The notes beneath the pieces are model-generated. The model had not been told where the DNA came from, ran no database searches, and was given only the letters and a program-made list of their open reading frames with translations. DNA of 60,572 nucleotides, counting the filler, from Bdellovibrionota bacterium (GTDB lineage Bacteria; Bdellovibrionota; Bdellovibrionia; Bdellovibrionales; JAEYZS01), in assembly GCA_963169515.1 (NCBI GenBank). It is 5 parts of 5 records of this genome, joined end to end, with 100 filler letters (N's around TTAATTAATTAA, not from the genome) between each part and the next. Parts side by side here need not be neighbours in the genome. Positions count along the whole stretch, not along the records: positions 1 to 23,414 come from CAUJEF010000160.1; 4 more parts are not named here. One strand, given 5' to 3'. The stretch's first letter is position 1, and each line of letters opens with the position of its first letter. Position numbers and translations under genes: made by a program. Of the stretch, positions 1-10,404 are shown piece by piece.

Positions 1-242
1 AATGCAAGTGTCGCTATTATAAAACATGCGCTGCCAAAAAGAGCTTTGCTTTAATTTTACCGAATCATAGAGATGAGGTTTCAAGGGACCATCAATCTGA
101 GTCCAACGCGTTGAAGGCTGGGGCTTAATGAGGTGACTGACCGGTCCAAAAAAGCCTCTTCGTCCCTGCTCCTCTTCGAAGTGCCCTTCAGGAATGCCCT
201 TGTGTCCCTGTGTGGTGTGCTGTCCTTGAGATTTTTGAAACA

Positions 243-1286
243 TTACAGATAGCCTCGCTCTTTTTGGTCTCTTTCAATTGCGTCGAAGAGAGCTTGAAAG
301 TTCCCTTCTCCGAATCCGGTATGGTTTTTACGTTGGATAATTTCAAAGAAAATGGGACCAATTAAATTTTTAGTGAAAATCTGTAAAATATATCCACGAT
401 CATCTCCATCAACCAGGACTTTCAGCTCGCGGAGCACACCCAGATCTTCAGTGAATTGGTCGACTCGCTTTGGCAACATTTCATAATAAGTATCTGGTGC
501 GTCTAAAAACTCTATACCGGATTTTCTCATTTCCCGAAGGGTCTGCTCAATATCCTGTGTTAAGAGCGCTAAATGTTGAATGCCCTCGCCATGATATTCG
601 TCCAAATATTCCTGTATTTGCGATTTCGCATCGGTTGGCTCGTTAATAGGAATTGTGATCTTTCCGCACGGGGAAGACATAACCTTAGAAACCAGTCCCG
701 TTTTTTCCCCGCGAATGTCAAAGAATCGTACGTCTCGGAAGTTGAAAACTTTTTCGTAGAATTGTTTCCATTCATCCATTTTTCCAACGCCCACATTATT
801 GGTTAGATGGTCTACACAAATAAAGCCATAGCCCCTATTTTTTTCTGTCCCTATAAAATTGAAGTCATCTTCGTAAATAGAGTTTTTTCCATACTTGTCG
901 ATAAAATAAATCACCATGTCGCCGATACCATAAATCGCAGGGAAATAGCCGGCGTCCCCATCTTTGCCCTCATACTTGCGAGCCCCGCGTTGACAAGCTT
1001 TTTTTACCGCCTCTTCAGCTCGAAGTTTTGTTCTCCACCCCATTGCGCAGATAGATGGACCATGCAGTTTTTGAAAATTTTTGGCGAATGACTTTTGCTC
1101 TTTATTAACGATGAAATTAACTCCGCCCTGGCGGAATAATCCTACATCTTTTGTTTTGTGCTGACCTACTTTTTTGAATCCAAGGTTAATAAACAGCTGC
1201 TCAAGTTGTTCCGGATTTGGACTGGTGTATTCAACGAATTCGATTCCATCTAATGCAATAGGATTTTCCCATAAATCAATGTTCAT
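243..1286 (-). CDS. hppD: 4-hydroxyphenylpyruvate dioxygenase
   Basis: ENP.LDGIEFVE N-terminus, DHLTNNV, EGIQHLAL, FFEIIQRK and GFGEGNF motifs; start moved to MNIDLW, which follows a GGGGGA RBS. Confidence 0.95.
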   Translation of the reverse strand: MNIDLWENPIALDGIEFVEYTSPNPEQLEQLFINLGFKKVGQHKTKDVGLFRQGGVNFIVNKEQKSFAKNFQKLHGPSICAMGWRTKLRAEEAVKKACQRGARKYEGKDGDAGYFPAIYGIGDMVIYFIDKYGKNSIYEDDFNFIGTEKNRGYGFICVDHLTNNVGVGKMDEWKQFYEKVFNFRDVRFFDIRGEKTGLVSKVMSSPCGKITIPINEPTDAKSQIQEYLDEYHGEGIQHLALLTQDIEQTLREMRKSGIEFLDAPDTYYEMLPKRVDQFTEDLGVLRELKVLVDGDDRGYILQIFTKNLIGPIFFEIIQRKNHTGFGEGNFQALFDAIERDQKERGYL

Positions 1287-1449
1287 ATATCCCCCAATGG
1301 ATTTGCGACCACTATCGCATTGCCGATTGTCTTGATCAATTGATACTTTTATTGTCCCCATTAAAAGAGCATAAAAATGAAACCTTGAGCTGTCTTTAGC
1401 CCCAAGATAGTTTGAACATCTATCGTGAAACATCTATAATAAGGCAATT

Positions 1450-2811
1450 ATGGGTAAAGTTTATGTCAACCGCACTCTGAACATGAAAAAGATCAAGTAT
1501 ATCGGACTCGATATGGATCACACGTTAGTGCGCTATAAAACCGAAAACTTTGAACGCGCGGCATACTACAATGTTTTAAAGCAACTGGTACAAAAAAAGG
1601 GGTACCCAAAGGACATTGTTAAGCTCCCTTTCGAATTTAACAACGCAATCCGCGGCCTTGTCCTTGATAAAAAAAATGGAAATATTTTAAAATTAAATCG
1701 GTATTCGGGGATTCGACTCAGTTACCATGGGGACAAGCCCATCGACTTTAAAATCCAAAAGAGTCTCTACAAAAGCATTTACATTGACCTTGGCGATACA
1801 AATTACTACCCTGTCGATACGACATTTTCGATTTCACCTGCGTTATTGTTCGCCAACCTTGTTGCGTTAAAAGATGGGAAATATTCGTCTGAGCTCCCAG
1901 ACTATCTCAAAATTTGCGAAGACGTCATGGAATGCCTGGATATGGCCCATCGTGATGGGTCCCTCAAAGATGAAGTTAAAAACAACCTGAGCAATTTTAT
2001 CGTCTGTGACCCTGAAAGTATTGCGGGTCTTGAACGATACAAAAAAAGTGGAAAATCTATTTTCATCTTAACGAACTCGATGTTCGACTACTCAAAAATC
2101 CTTTTGGATTACACCATCAACCCCTACTTGAAAGAGCACAAAGACTGGGGTGAACTATTTGAGTTTGTCATCACGGGCGCTCAAAAACCAAAATTTTTTT
2201 TCGACCACGCAGAATTTTTAAAAATCGACCTTGAAACCGGAAAAATGAGAAATGTTAAAGAGCTGACCCCAGGCGTTTACCAGGGCGGTTGTGCCGACAC
2301 CTTTACAGCAAGTCTGAAAACTAATGGCGATGAAATTCTTTATATCGGGGATCATATTTATGGTGATATTCTACGCTTGAAAAAGGATTGTAATTGGAGA
2401 ACCGGGCTCGTAGTTGAAGAACTGGAGCAAGAAATCGGAGCGCTTGCAAAAGCGCGACCACTTACAAAAAAGATCAATGACCTTATGATCAAAAAAGAAC
2501 CCTTCGAAAAGGAACTTATCATCATTGCCGACAATACGAATAAAAATGATCAGACTAAAAAGCGTTATGACGAAATCCAAAATCAAGTGACAGAGATCGA
2601 TTCAGAAATTTCTAAAAATATTATTGAACACCAGAAATATTTTAACGCGTACTGGGGCGAAGTCATGCGTATTGGAAACGAGGAAAGCTATTTTGCAAGT
2701 CAAGTGGAACGCTATGCGTGTATATATATGGCAAAACTGGCGGACCTGGTCAATTATTCTCCACGAACGTATTTCCGCGGATTCCGCCGTTCAATGCCAC
2801 ACGAAAATTAG
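1450..2811 (+). CDS. HAD-IG family (cN-II-like) 5'-nucleotidase
   Basis: YVNRTL, GLDMDHTL (DxD), LTNS, KP.FF and YIGDHIYGDI motifs. Confidence 0.9.
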   Translation: MGKVYVNRTLNMKKIKYIGLDMDHTLVRYKTENFERAAYYNVLKQLVQKKGYPKDIVKLPFEFNNAIRGLVLDKKNGNILKLNRYSGIRLSYHGDKPIDFKIQKSLYKSIYIDLGDTNYYPVDTTFSISPALLFANLVALKDGKYSSELPDYLKICEDVMECLDMAHRDGSLKDEVKNNLSNFIVCDPESIAGLERYKKSGKSIFILTNSMFDYSKILLDYTINPYLKEHKDWGELFEFVITGAQKPKFFFDHAEFLKIDLETGKMRNVKELTPGVYQGGCADTFTASLKTNGDEILYIGDHIYGDILRLKKDCNWRTGLVVEELEQEIGALAKARPLTKKINDLMIKKEPFEKELIIIADNTNKNDQTKKRYDEIQNQVTEIDSEISKNIIEHQKYFNAYWGEVMRIGNEESYFASQVERYACIYMAKLADLVNYSPRTYFRGFRRSMPHEN

Positions 2812-3536
2812 TTTTTTGGCAACCATGTATAAATCATAAAATCGTTTTGTCCTTGTTGCTCTGTAAAGCCAATCAATTTCGATTTATCGATCTTTTTATT
2901 TTTCTGTAGATTTGCCGACTTGGTTCGAACCAAACAGGCGAGTGGATTGTAATTCATTTCATCCTTGGCCGGAGGCACACATAGATTTGCAATGGTTATT
3001 TCATCCGGGTGCAGCGCCAATCGGGCCATTACAAAAGAAATACTTTTTAATTTTAATGCGTCTTCAATAATATTCACCATCGCTTCACGTCGAAAGTGAA
3101 CGGCGTCAAACGAAGACAAAAAGAAAATAATTTTTTTCCCCGAAAGAAGAACTTCGTTTAGTTTTTGTCGACGATGCTGTTCTGGTATATCATTCAAATA
3201 CAATTGTTCCACTTGGACGGGATCAAACATATTGTCTTTCAATCTCGTGTCCGAAGCCACAATATAAGACTGTTTTCCTCTTTCCACTAAAAGCTGCACA
3301 AACTTTTTAAAAATCTCGGCTTGTTCTGGACGATTGCCCTCAGACCCGAAAACGATCGCCTGATGATTTGCAATTCGAGGAAAAAGTTGCCGGTAAGTAT
3401 ATTCCGCAATCTCAAACGGAGTGTTAAAATTAGAGGGCCTGATCACGGGAATCGATTGTGGTCCGATCCCTGTAAATACCCAATAAAGGCTTATCAGCAT
3501 ACAAAAGGCAACCATTGGCCATAGAATTTTGTTCAT
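2808..3536 (-). CDS. hypothetical protein with N-terminal membrane anchor
   Basis: 242-aa ORF with hydrophobic N-terminus; stop overlaps the convergent gene. Confidence 0.7.
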   Translation of the reverse strand: MNKILWPMVAFCMLISLYWVFTGIGPQSIPVIRPSNFNTPFEIAEYTYRQLFPRIANHQAIVFGSEGNRPEQAEIFKKFVQLLVERGKQSYIVASDTRLKDNMFDPVQVEQLYLNDIPEQHRRQKLNEVLLSGKKIIFFLSSFDAVHFRREAMVNIIEDALKLKSISFVMARLALHPDEITIANLCVPPAKDEMNYNPLACLVRTKSANLQKNKKIDKSKLIGFTEQQGQNDFMIYTWLPKN

Positions 3537-3702
3537 GTATTCAATACCTTACGCACGACTTGTCGCATTAAGTAATTTCGCTAAAAGCCTTCTTTATATA
3601 TTGATATAAAGGTTCTTAGTCAGCATTTATTTCTGTTTCTTGTTTGAAAAGATGACTGACGAGAGAATTTGTTTGAAATTTTGAAGCCCTAGGACTTGAT
3701 CT

Positions 3703-4428
3703 ATGCGACAGGTACCGAAAAAGACATATGGAATTGTGGGTTCTGGCCGCACGGCAAGACACATCAAATATTATTTTCAATGCCAAAACATTTTAACTCG
3801 CTCATGGTCACGATCCGAAAATGACGATACGCCAGAATATGTGCTTGGCTCCTGCGATACCATTCTTGTTCTCATTAAAGACTCTGAAATTGAAAAATTC
3901 ATTCAATCCCATGATTTTCTAAAAACAAAGCAAGTTGTTCACTTTTCTGGCAGCTTAGTCATAAGCGGTACCCAAAGCGCGCACCCGTTAATGACTTTCG
4001 GTGAATCTCTCTACAGTATCGAAACATATAAAAAGATGGTGTTCGTTTGCGAAAAAAATAAAATTGGATTTAAGACTCTTTTTCCAGAATTGAACAACAC
4101 ATACTACGAAATCGAAAGTGATCTTAAACCATTCTATCACAGCCTCTGTGTAATGGCAGGAAACTTTACAACGCTTTTGTGGAAAAAGTTTTTTACGGAT
4201 CTAGAACAAAAGCTAGATATTCCTGCAAAAGCTGCCTTCCCATACCTGGAAAAAATCGTAGAAAATTTGAAAGCGAACCCAGACGCAGCCTTAACTGGCC
4301 CGCTTGCACGACGAGATCATAAAACAATTTCCGATAATTTAGCTTCTCTAACTGGCGATAAATACAAAAAAGTTTACCAAGCTTTCGTCGAAAGTCATGA
4401 CTCAAAACTTTTGGAGCCAGATCAATGA
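3703..4428 (+). CDS. panG: DUF2520/Rossmann-like oxidoreductase, probable PanG-type ketopantoate reductase
   Basis: GxGxxA, HFSGS, HPLMTF, YH..CVMAGN and LTGP.AR.D motifs; first gene of the pan operon. Confidence 0.7.
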   Translation: MRQVPKKTYGIVGSGRTARHIKYYFQCQNILTRSWSRSENDDTPEYVLGSCDTILVLIKDSEIEKFIQSHDFLKTKQVVHFSGSLVISGTQSAHPLMTFGESLYSIETYKKMVFVCEKNKIGFKTLFPELNNTYYEIESDLKPFYHSLCVMAGNFTTLLWKKFFTDLEQKLDIPAKAAFPYLEKIVENLKANPDAALTGPLARRDHKTISDNLASLTGDKYKKVYQAFVESHDSKLLEPDQ

Positions 4429-5210
4429 ATATATTAGATTTCAAAAGCTTTAAAAATACGAAGAAAATTTCCATGGTCACTTGCTATGATTTTTGGAGCG
4501 CACAAATAATCGAGGAATCATCCATAGACTGTGTGCTCGTTGGAGATTCTGCAGCACAAGTTATGCATGGGTATCCCTCTACAATAATGGCCGACATTGA
4601 CGTGATGGCCTTGCATACCGCTGCCGTTAGCCGCGGATTAAAAACAAAATTTCTTATCGGCGATATGCCCTTCTTGTCTGTTCAGAAGGGCCTACATTAC
4701 GCCATGGACTGCGTGGAAAAACTTATGAAGGCTGGCGCTCACTCTGTGAAAATTGAAGGCGTTGTCGGACATTCCGAAATCATCGAAGCCATTGTTCGCT
4801 CAGGCGTTCCGGTAATGGGTCATCTTGGATTGACTCCACAGTCTGTTTATCAAATGGGCGGTTACAAGGTTCAGGGCCGCGATGATCTATCTAGGGAATT
4901 AATCACAACCCATGCAAAGCAGTTGGAAGATCTGGGGTGTTTCTCTATAGTGCTTGAATGTGTTCCAATGGATTTGGCTACGACAATTACAAAAAATCTG
5001 GCAATCCCCACCATCGGCATCGGTGCTGGCCCCAATACGGATGGCCAGGTATTAGTTCTTCATGATCTGCTTGGTGTAACAAAAGGTCACCGTCCAAAAT
5101 TTCTAAAAAACTTTCTTAATGGTGTATCTGTATTAACAGAATCTCTGAACCATTTTGATTCCGAAGTGAAAAATAATACTTACCCCAGTGATCAAGAGAG
5201 CTATCAATGA
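4425..5210 (+). CDS. panB: 3-methyl-2-oxobutanoate hydroxymethyltransferase
   Basis: MVTCYD, LVGDS, DMPF, VKIEG, GHLGLTPQS, IGIGAG..DGQVLV. Confidence 0.97.
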   Translation: MNILDFKSFKNTKKISMVTCYDFWSAQIIEESSIDCVLVGDSAAQVMHGYPSTIMADIDVMALHTAAVSRGLKTKFLIGDMPFLSVQKGLHYAMDCVEKLMKAGAHSVKIEGVVGHSEIIEAIVRSGVPVMGHLGLTPQSVYQMGGYKVQGRDDLSRELITTHAKQLEDLGCFSIVLECVPMDLATTITKNLAIPTIGIGAGPNTDGQVLVLHDLLGVTKGHRPKFLKNFLNGVSVLTESLNHFDSEVKNNTYPSDQESYQ

Positions 5211-5962
5211 CAACAGTAATTAAAACCATTCCTGAATGGGTCGCCACTCGAAATTCGCTTGGAACAAACACTGTTGGCTTTGTTCCAACTATGGGCGCGC
5301 TTCACCAAGGGCACTTGGACCTGATGATTAAAGCAAAAGCTGAAAACGATATCGTCGCCGTAAGCATTTTTGTAAATCCGACCCAGTTTAACAACAAAGA
5401 AGACCTTGCCGCATACCCCGTGACATTTGAATCTGACTTGGAAAAGTTAAGCTCTTCGGGTGTTGATTACCTTTTCTATCCACAATATGAAGATCTCTAT
5501 CCTGATCAGTACCGCTATAAAATCACAGAAGATAGTTTTAGCAAAACCTTATGCGGACAATATCGACCGGGTCATTTTGATGGCGTACTGACTGTCGTGA
5601 TGAAACTTTTAAATATTATTCGAGCAAATAAAGCCTATTTCGGAGAAAAGGATTACCAACAATATATTTTGATCAAAGATATGGTATCAAGCTTTTTCAT
5701 GGAAACAGAGATTGTTGGCTGTCCAATCGTTCGAGACGACAATGGTCTGGCCCTGAGCTCAAGAAATATTCGATTGTCTGAGGCCGGAAAAAAACTTGCT
5801 ACGAAGTTTGCGAACCTATTGAAACAAAAAAATGTGACTGCGGCGGACATTCAATCCGAGGGAATCACCGTTGAATACCTTGAAGAAGTCCGAAATCGCA
5901 GGTTCGCCGCTGTGAAAATAGACGGCGTAAGATTAATAGATAACATAGAGTTAGACAGATGA
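5207..5962 (+). CDS. panC: pantoate--beta-alanine ligase
   Basis: FVPTMGALHQGH, SIFVNPTQF, RPGHFDGV, FGEKDYQQ, GLALSSRN, RLIDN. Confidence 0.97.
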   Translation: MTTVIKTIPEWVATRNSLGTNTVGFVPTMGALHQGHLDLMIKAKAENDIVAVSIFVNPTQFNNKEDLAAYPVTFESDLEKLSSSGVDYLFYPQYEDLYPDQYRYKITEDSFSKTLCGQYRPGHFDGVLTVVMKLLNIIRANKAYFGEKDYQQYILIKDMVSSFFMETEIVGCPIVRDDNGLALSSRNIRLSEAGKKLATKFANLLKQKNVTAADIQSEGITVEYLEEVRNRRFAAVKIDGVRLIDNIELDR

Positions 5963-7155
5963 GCCATAAGGTTTTATTTCAAGTTACAGGGTCTATTGCC
6001 GCATTCAAAGCAGCACACGTGATTTCACAGTTAGTGAAAAACGGTCACGAAGTGCAAACTGTAGCAACGCCATCGGCATTGGAATTCATTGGGCCTGCTA
6101 CTTTTGAAGGACTGACTGGAAAATCCATTCTAACAAACAGCTTTGAAAACGGCCAAATGATGGGACATATAGAATGGGCTCGTTGGGCTGATATTGTCAT
6201 ATTGTGTCCTGCCACTGCGAAATCAATTAATTCTTTAGCCGCAGGCACGGCAGAAGGTTTGGTTGGGGATATCTTCCTTGCAAATAATTTTTTACGCCCT
6301 TATCTGATTGTTCCAGCGATGAACGCCCAGATGTATCATCATCCGGCCACCCAAAGATCGTTACAGCAACTGCAAAGCTGGGGTTGTCATATAATGGAAA
6401 CAGGAGCAGGAATCTTAGCCTGTGGCGAGGTTGGCGACGGCCGAATGGCAGAGCCACAAGAAGTTTTAAAAAAAATAGACGAAATATTGATTGCATCCAC
6501 AGATAAACCAAAAATTTTGATCACGGCCGGAGGCACATGCGAACCCATCGACGGCGTTCGCAACATTACAAATTTTAGCACCGGTGAAACAGGGCGATTT
6601 CTTGCAGAATATCTTAAGAAATCCTTTGATGTTTTTTACGTGAAGTCGGAAACCGCAGCCCTACCCGTTGGAGTCAAAAATGTATATACGTTTAAATCTT
6701 CAGATCAGCTAGAGCAAACCATAAAATGCTTGGTTTCTGAGTTTTATTTTGACTCGGTTATTCAAGCTGCGGCAGTATCTGATTTCAAATTGAAATCAAT
6801 AAATGGCTTAAAGCCAGATGAAAATTCAAAGCTAAATTCAGACGAAAAAGTTACTTTAGAACTTTCACATCGTCCGAAAATTATAGACCAGATAAAAAAT
6901 GCATCGCTCAATCAAAATATAAAAGTCATTGGATTTAAGCTAACCCAATCGGAAAACAAAGATCATAAACAAGAACAGATCTTTAAATTAAGCATGAACC
7001 CAAATATTGATTTTGTTGTTCATAACGAAATAAATACAACGCGCGGCTTGCAACATCGTTCAGAAATTTACAAAAGAGACCAAGTAATTTTAAAAACTGA
7101 ATCTAAGGTCCAATTGGCACAAAACATAGAAAGGTTGATACAGGGAAATCTATGA
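5959..7155 (+). CDS. coaBC: bifunctional phosphopantothenoylcysteine decarboxylase/phosphopantothenate--cysteine ligase
   Basis: [50 protein letters not shown]. Confidence 0.95.
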   Translation: MSHKVLFQVTGSIAAFKAAHVISQLVKNGHEVQTVATPSALEFIGPATFEGLTGKSILTNSFENGQMMGHIEWARWADIVILCPATAKSINSLAAGTAEGLVGDIFLANNFLRPYLIVPAMNAQMYHHPATQRSLQQLQSWGCHIMETGAGILACGEVGDGRMAEPQEVLKKIDEILIASTDKPKILITAGGTCEPIDGVRNITNFSTGETGRFLAEYLKKSFDVFYVKSETAALPVGVKNVYTFKSSDQLEQTIKCLVSEFYFDSVIQAAAVSDFKLKSINGLKPDENSKLNSDEKVTLELSHRPKIIDQIKNASLNQNIKVIGFKLTQSENKDHKQEQIFKLSMNPNIDFVVHNEINTTRGLQHRSEIYKRDQVILKTESKVQLAQNIERLIQGNL

Positions 7156-7967
7156 TCGTTTGTTTAGATGTAGGAAATAGTCATATTTTTGGCGGTATTT
7201 TCAAAGATGGAAAAATTTTATTCCGCTTTCGAAAAAGATCAGATCAGGCCTTTTCAAGCGATGAGTTTGGTATTTTTCTAAGAAACATTCTTCGTGAAAA
7301 CAACGTGGACCCAGAAAAGATAACAAAAATTGCTATTTGTTCTGTCGTGCCCGACGCAGTTCACAGCTTGGTTAATTGCAGCAAAAAATATTTCAACATT
7401 GCCCCGTTCATTCTGCAATCCGGGGTAAAAAGTGGGTTGAACATTAAGTATCGCAACCCATTAGAGGTAGGTGCAGATCGTATCTCTAATTCAGTAGCCG
7501 CCGTTCAAATGTTCCCAAATAAAAACCTTATCGTTGTCGATATGGGCACCGCGACCACATTTTGTGCGGTTTCAAAAAAGAAAGACTATCTTGGTGGTGT
7601 GATCATTGCCGGACTTCGAATCACTATGGAAGCGCTCGAGTCACAAACTGCAAAGCTACCACAAGTTGAAATCATAAAGATGGAAAAGGCCCTCGGGCGC
7701 TCAACCACTGAAAGCATCCAATCCGGTCTCTTTTTTGGTCATATTGCGACAATTAAAGAAGTGGCAAGGCGACTGACTGAAGAATGTTTTTCGAATGAAA
7801 AGCCAATCATTATTGGCACAGGCGGATTTTCAAGCCTTTTCGAACGAGAAAATATTTTTGATATCATCGTTCCGGACCTTGTTCTCAACGGTCTGTACTT
7901 GGCATATAAGATGAATGCAACGACAACACGAGGAGAAAAACATGCGCAGATCCATGCTCAAATCTAA
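7152..7967 (+). CDS. coaX: type III pantothenate kinase
   Basis: [28 protein letters not shown] motifs. Confidence 0.95.
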   Translation: MIVCLDVGNSHIFGGIFKDGKILFRFRKRSDQAFSSDEFGIFLRNILRENNVDPEKITKIAICSVVPDAVHSLVNCSKKYFNIAPFILQSGVKSGLNIKYRNPLEVGADRISNSVAAVQMFPNKNLIVVDMGTATTFCAVSKKKDYLGGVIIAGLRITMEALESQTAKLPQVEIIKMEKALGRSTTESIQSGLFFGHIATIKEVARRLTEECFSNEKPIIIGTGGFSSLFERENIFDIIVPDLVLNGLYLAYKMNATTTRGEKHAQIHAQI

Positions 7968-8295
7968 ACTGCATCGCGCCACTGTTACTGATGCAAACCT
8001 AAACTATGAAGGCTCGATCACCATTGACCGCGAACTATGTGACAAGGCGGACCTTGCGCAGTTTGAAAAGGTGGACATTTACAACGTAAATAACGGCGCT
8101 CGATTTACGACTTATGTAATTTACGGTGGCCCTGGAGAGATTTGCCTAAACGGTGCCGCCGCACGACATGTCCACATAGGAGATCTCGTAATTGTTGTGA
8201 GCTATTGTGACGTTGACAACAAAGATGTCTTGAACCACAAACCGATTTCTTTGGCGTTAGATGCCCAAAACAAAATTAAGTCAAATTGCTTGTAA
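7942..8295 (+). CDS. panD: aspartate 1-decarboxylase
   Basis: [19 protein letters not shown] self-cleavage site, [18 protein letters not shown] at 7942 after an AGGAG RBS. Confidence 0.97.
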   Translation: MRRSMLKSKLHRATVTDANLNYEGSITIDRELCDKADLAQFEKVDIYNVNNGARFTTYVIYGGPGEICLNGAAARHVHIGDLVIVVSYCDVDNKDVLNHKPISLALDAQNKIKSNCL

Positions 8296-9076
8296 TATAC
8301 ATATCATAACGTGTGGATCGACCTTGAAACGAATGAGTTGGTTTCGGATTCAAACTGGGCGCCTGTGCTGGCCGCTTAATAATAACTCGTTCTCGTGCTG
8401 ATACCAATGCAAAGTCCAACAGGGACTGCGAATTGTCCCGTGGCTTTAAAAATTCTTTTAGAAACTCCATTTCTTTCTTTGATTTCGCTTTGTCTGATAT
8501 CTCAGAATACATTGGATCAAGATAAATTACGTCGGGCTTGATTTTATTTTCCTTCATATACTGGATGGCTTCAGCATTTATAACAGTGAACTTACCTGCA
8601 AGGTGGGACCACTTTTTTGTCTCCACTGCCAACTCAAGACCGTTTTTTAAAAGCAAATAAATGTACGGATTTTCCTCAATTGCTGTGACTTTGCAACCCT
8701 TTGACAGAAAACTGAAAGTATCTTGGCCAAAACCTGCGGTTGCATCTACAATCTGCGGAGGGGTTTTATCTAACCCGATCGCCTTAAAAATCATTTGATT
8801 TTTACCAAGGGTCTTAACTTTAAATTCCCACTCACCGCTCAAAAAATCCACCTCAATGGGCAACGGAGCCCCGACTCTGTTAATTAGGACTTGCAAGCGA
8901 CGTCCTTCCACCCGCAAGTAATACGATATTTCGCTCTGTAATGATGAATGGATTGGAAGTTGGGTAAAGTCATGCACAGCTCGAACTAATCGGTCGTCGG
9001 ATATGGCTGATTTAAGGATGGCAATTTGCACAAATACCTTGTCACTCGTATGTGTTTGACCTAATCTACCCAGCAA
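8276..9076 (-). CDS. rsmJ: RsmJ-like 16S rRNA m2G1516 methyltransferase (start uncertain, probably internal)
   Basis: VDATAGFGQD, DVIYLDPMY, RVIIKRP, RYDMY motifs. Confidence 0.8.
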   Translation of the reverse strand: MLGRLGQTHTSDKVFVQIAILKSAISDDRLVRAVHDFTQLPIHSSLQSEISYYLRVEGRRLQVLINRVGAPLPIEVDFLSGEWEFKVKTLGKNQMIFKAIGLDKTPPQIVDATAGFGQDTFSFLSKGCKVTAIEENPYIYLLLKNGLELAVETKKWSHLAGKFTVINAEAIQYMKENKIKPDVIYLDPMYSEISDKAKSKKEMEFLKEFLKPRDNSQSLLDFALVSARERVIIKRPAQAPSLNPKPTHSFQGRSTRYDMYITSNLT

Positions 9077-9091
9077 TTAAGGAGACTGCCA

Positions 9092-9544
9092 ATGGATAAA
9101 TTTTATTATAATTCTCCTATCGGATCACTAAAAATAATCGCCTCTGAAAACGCCGTAGATCAAATACAATTTTTAACACGAAACTTCCCTTCCTCCATAC
9201 CAAAAACAAACTATGGAAAAAAAATTAAGCAGGAATTAGATCAATACTTTAAAGGGTCTCGCTCAAAGTTCACGTTGAAGTTTAAAGCCGAGGGGACCCA
9301 GTTTCAAAAAGATGTTTGGAACGCAATGAAAAAAGTTAAATATTCTAAAACAGTATCTTACCAAGACATTGCAAAGATGGTTCATAGACCAAAAGCTGTT
9401 CGTGCAGTTGGAACCGCTTGCGGCAGAAACCCTTTGCCGATCGTTATTCCTTGCCACCGCATTATTACGTCTGATGGAAAATTAGGTGGGTACGGCGGCG
9501 GGATCAAGAAAAAGGAGTGGTTGTTAAATCATGAAAAACTTTGA
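9092..9544 (+). CDS. ogt: methylated-DNA--protein-cysteine methyltransferase
   Basis: SPIG, GTQFQ..VW, AVRAVG, IPCHR active site, LL.HE. Confidence 0.95.
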   Translation: MDKFYYNSPIGSLKIIASENAVDQIQFLTRNFPSSIPKTNYGKKIKQELDQYFKGSRSKFTLKFKAEGTQFQKDVWNAMKKVKYSKTVSYQDIAKMVHRPKAVRAVGTACGRNPLPIVIPCHRIITSDGKLGGYGGGIKKKEWLLNHEKL

Positions 9545-10331
9545 AAACAGATGGTTTGTAATTACAGGGGCATCTGAGGGAATCGGAAAGGCTCTGGCAG
9601 AAGGTGCAGCTCAAAAAGGTGCCCACATACTTTTGATTTCTCGATCTCAAGAAAAACTAAATACGGCTGCAATTGATGTAAAAGCAAAAACAATCAGAAC
9701 TGATCAAAAGATTTTAACCACTGCGTGCGATGTTACAAAGTTTGATACAATTAAATCTGTATTGGAAGACTTTGTCCGTGAAAACGGTACGCCTGATTAT
9801 TTGATCAACAATGCTGGGTTCGCACAACCCGGCTATATCCAAGACCTAACCATCGACGATTACCGCCGCATGATGGATCTAAATTATTTTGGATGTGTTC
9901 ACACAACAAAAACTTTAGTGCCCCACTTTATCAAGGCTAAAAAAGGTCATATTTTAAATGTGTCCTCGATGGCAGGATTTTTAGGGCTCTTTGGTTATAG
10001 CGGATACTGTGCTTCGAAATTTGCCGTGATTGGCTTTTCGGAAAGTCTAAAACGCGAACTCAAACCATATAACATTAGCGTTTCAGTTCTTTGCCCTCCG
10101 AACACGAAAACACCCGGACTCGATAAAGAAAATGCTACAAAACCAAAAGAAGTCCTAATGACAGAAGAAAAAGCAAAAACTGTTTCTGCAAGCGTTGTTG
10201 CCAAAGCAGCGCTCGACGGACTGACAAAGAAAAAATTTATGATTGTCCCAACATTTGATGGCGAATTGGCTTATCGTTTGAATCGTTACGTTCCTGCAGT
10301 TATTGAACAATTTGTAAAGCGACCAGAGTAA
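9531..10331 (+). CDS. SDR oxidoreductase, 3-ketodihydrosphingosine reductase-like
   Basis: TGASEGIG, NNAG, YxxSK; PPNTKTPG..EN.TKP resembles the KDSR-like SDR signature. Confidence 0.8.
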   Translation: MKNFENRWFVITGASEGIGKALAEGAAQKGAHILLISRSQEKLNTAAIDVKAKTIRTDQKILTTACDVTKFDTIKSVLEDFVRENGTPDYLINNAGFAQPGYIQDLTIDDYRRMMDLNYFGCVHTTKTLVPHFIKAKKGHILNVSSMAGFLGLFGYSGYCASKFAVIGFSESLKRELKPYNISVSVLCPPNTKTPGLDKENATKPKEVLMTEEKAKTVSASVVAKAALDGLTKKKFMIVPTFDGELAYRLNRYVPAVIEQFVKRPE

Positions 10332-10344
10332 TTCTTAAGGCCTC

Positions 10345-10379
10345 AAAAAACAAAGCCTCTCCATTTTAGGGAGAAGCTT
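10345..10379 (-). terminator. probable intrinsic terminator between convergent genes
   Basis: AAGCcTCTCC/GGAGAaGCTT stem followed by a T-run on the minus strand. Confidence 0.5.
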
Positions 10380-10404
10380 CGTTTGAGTTTGTTTTCAAGG
10401 TATT

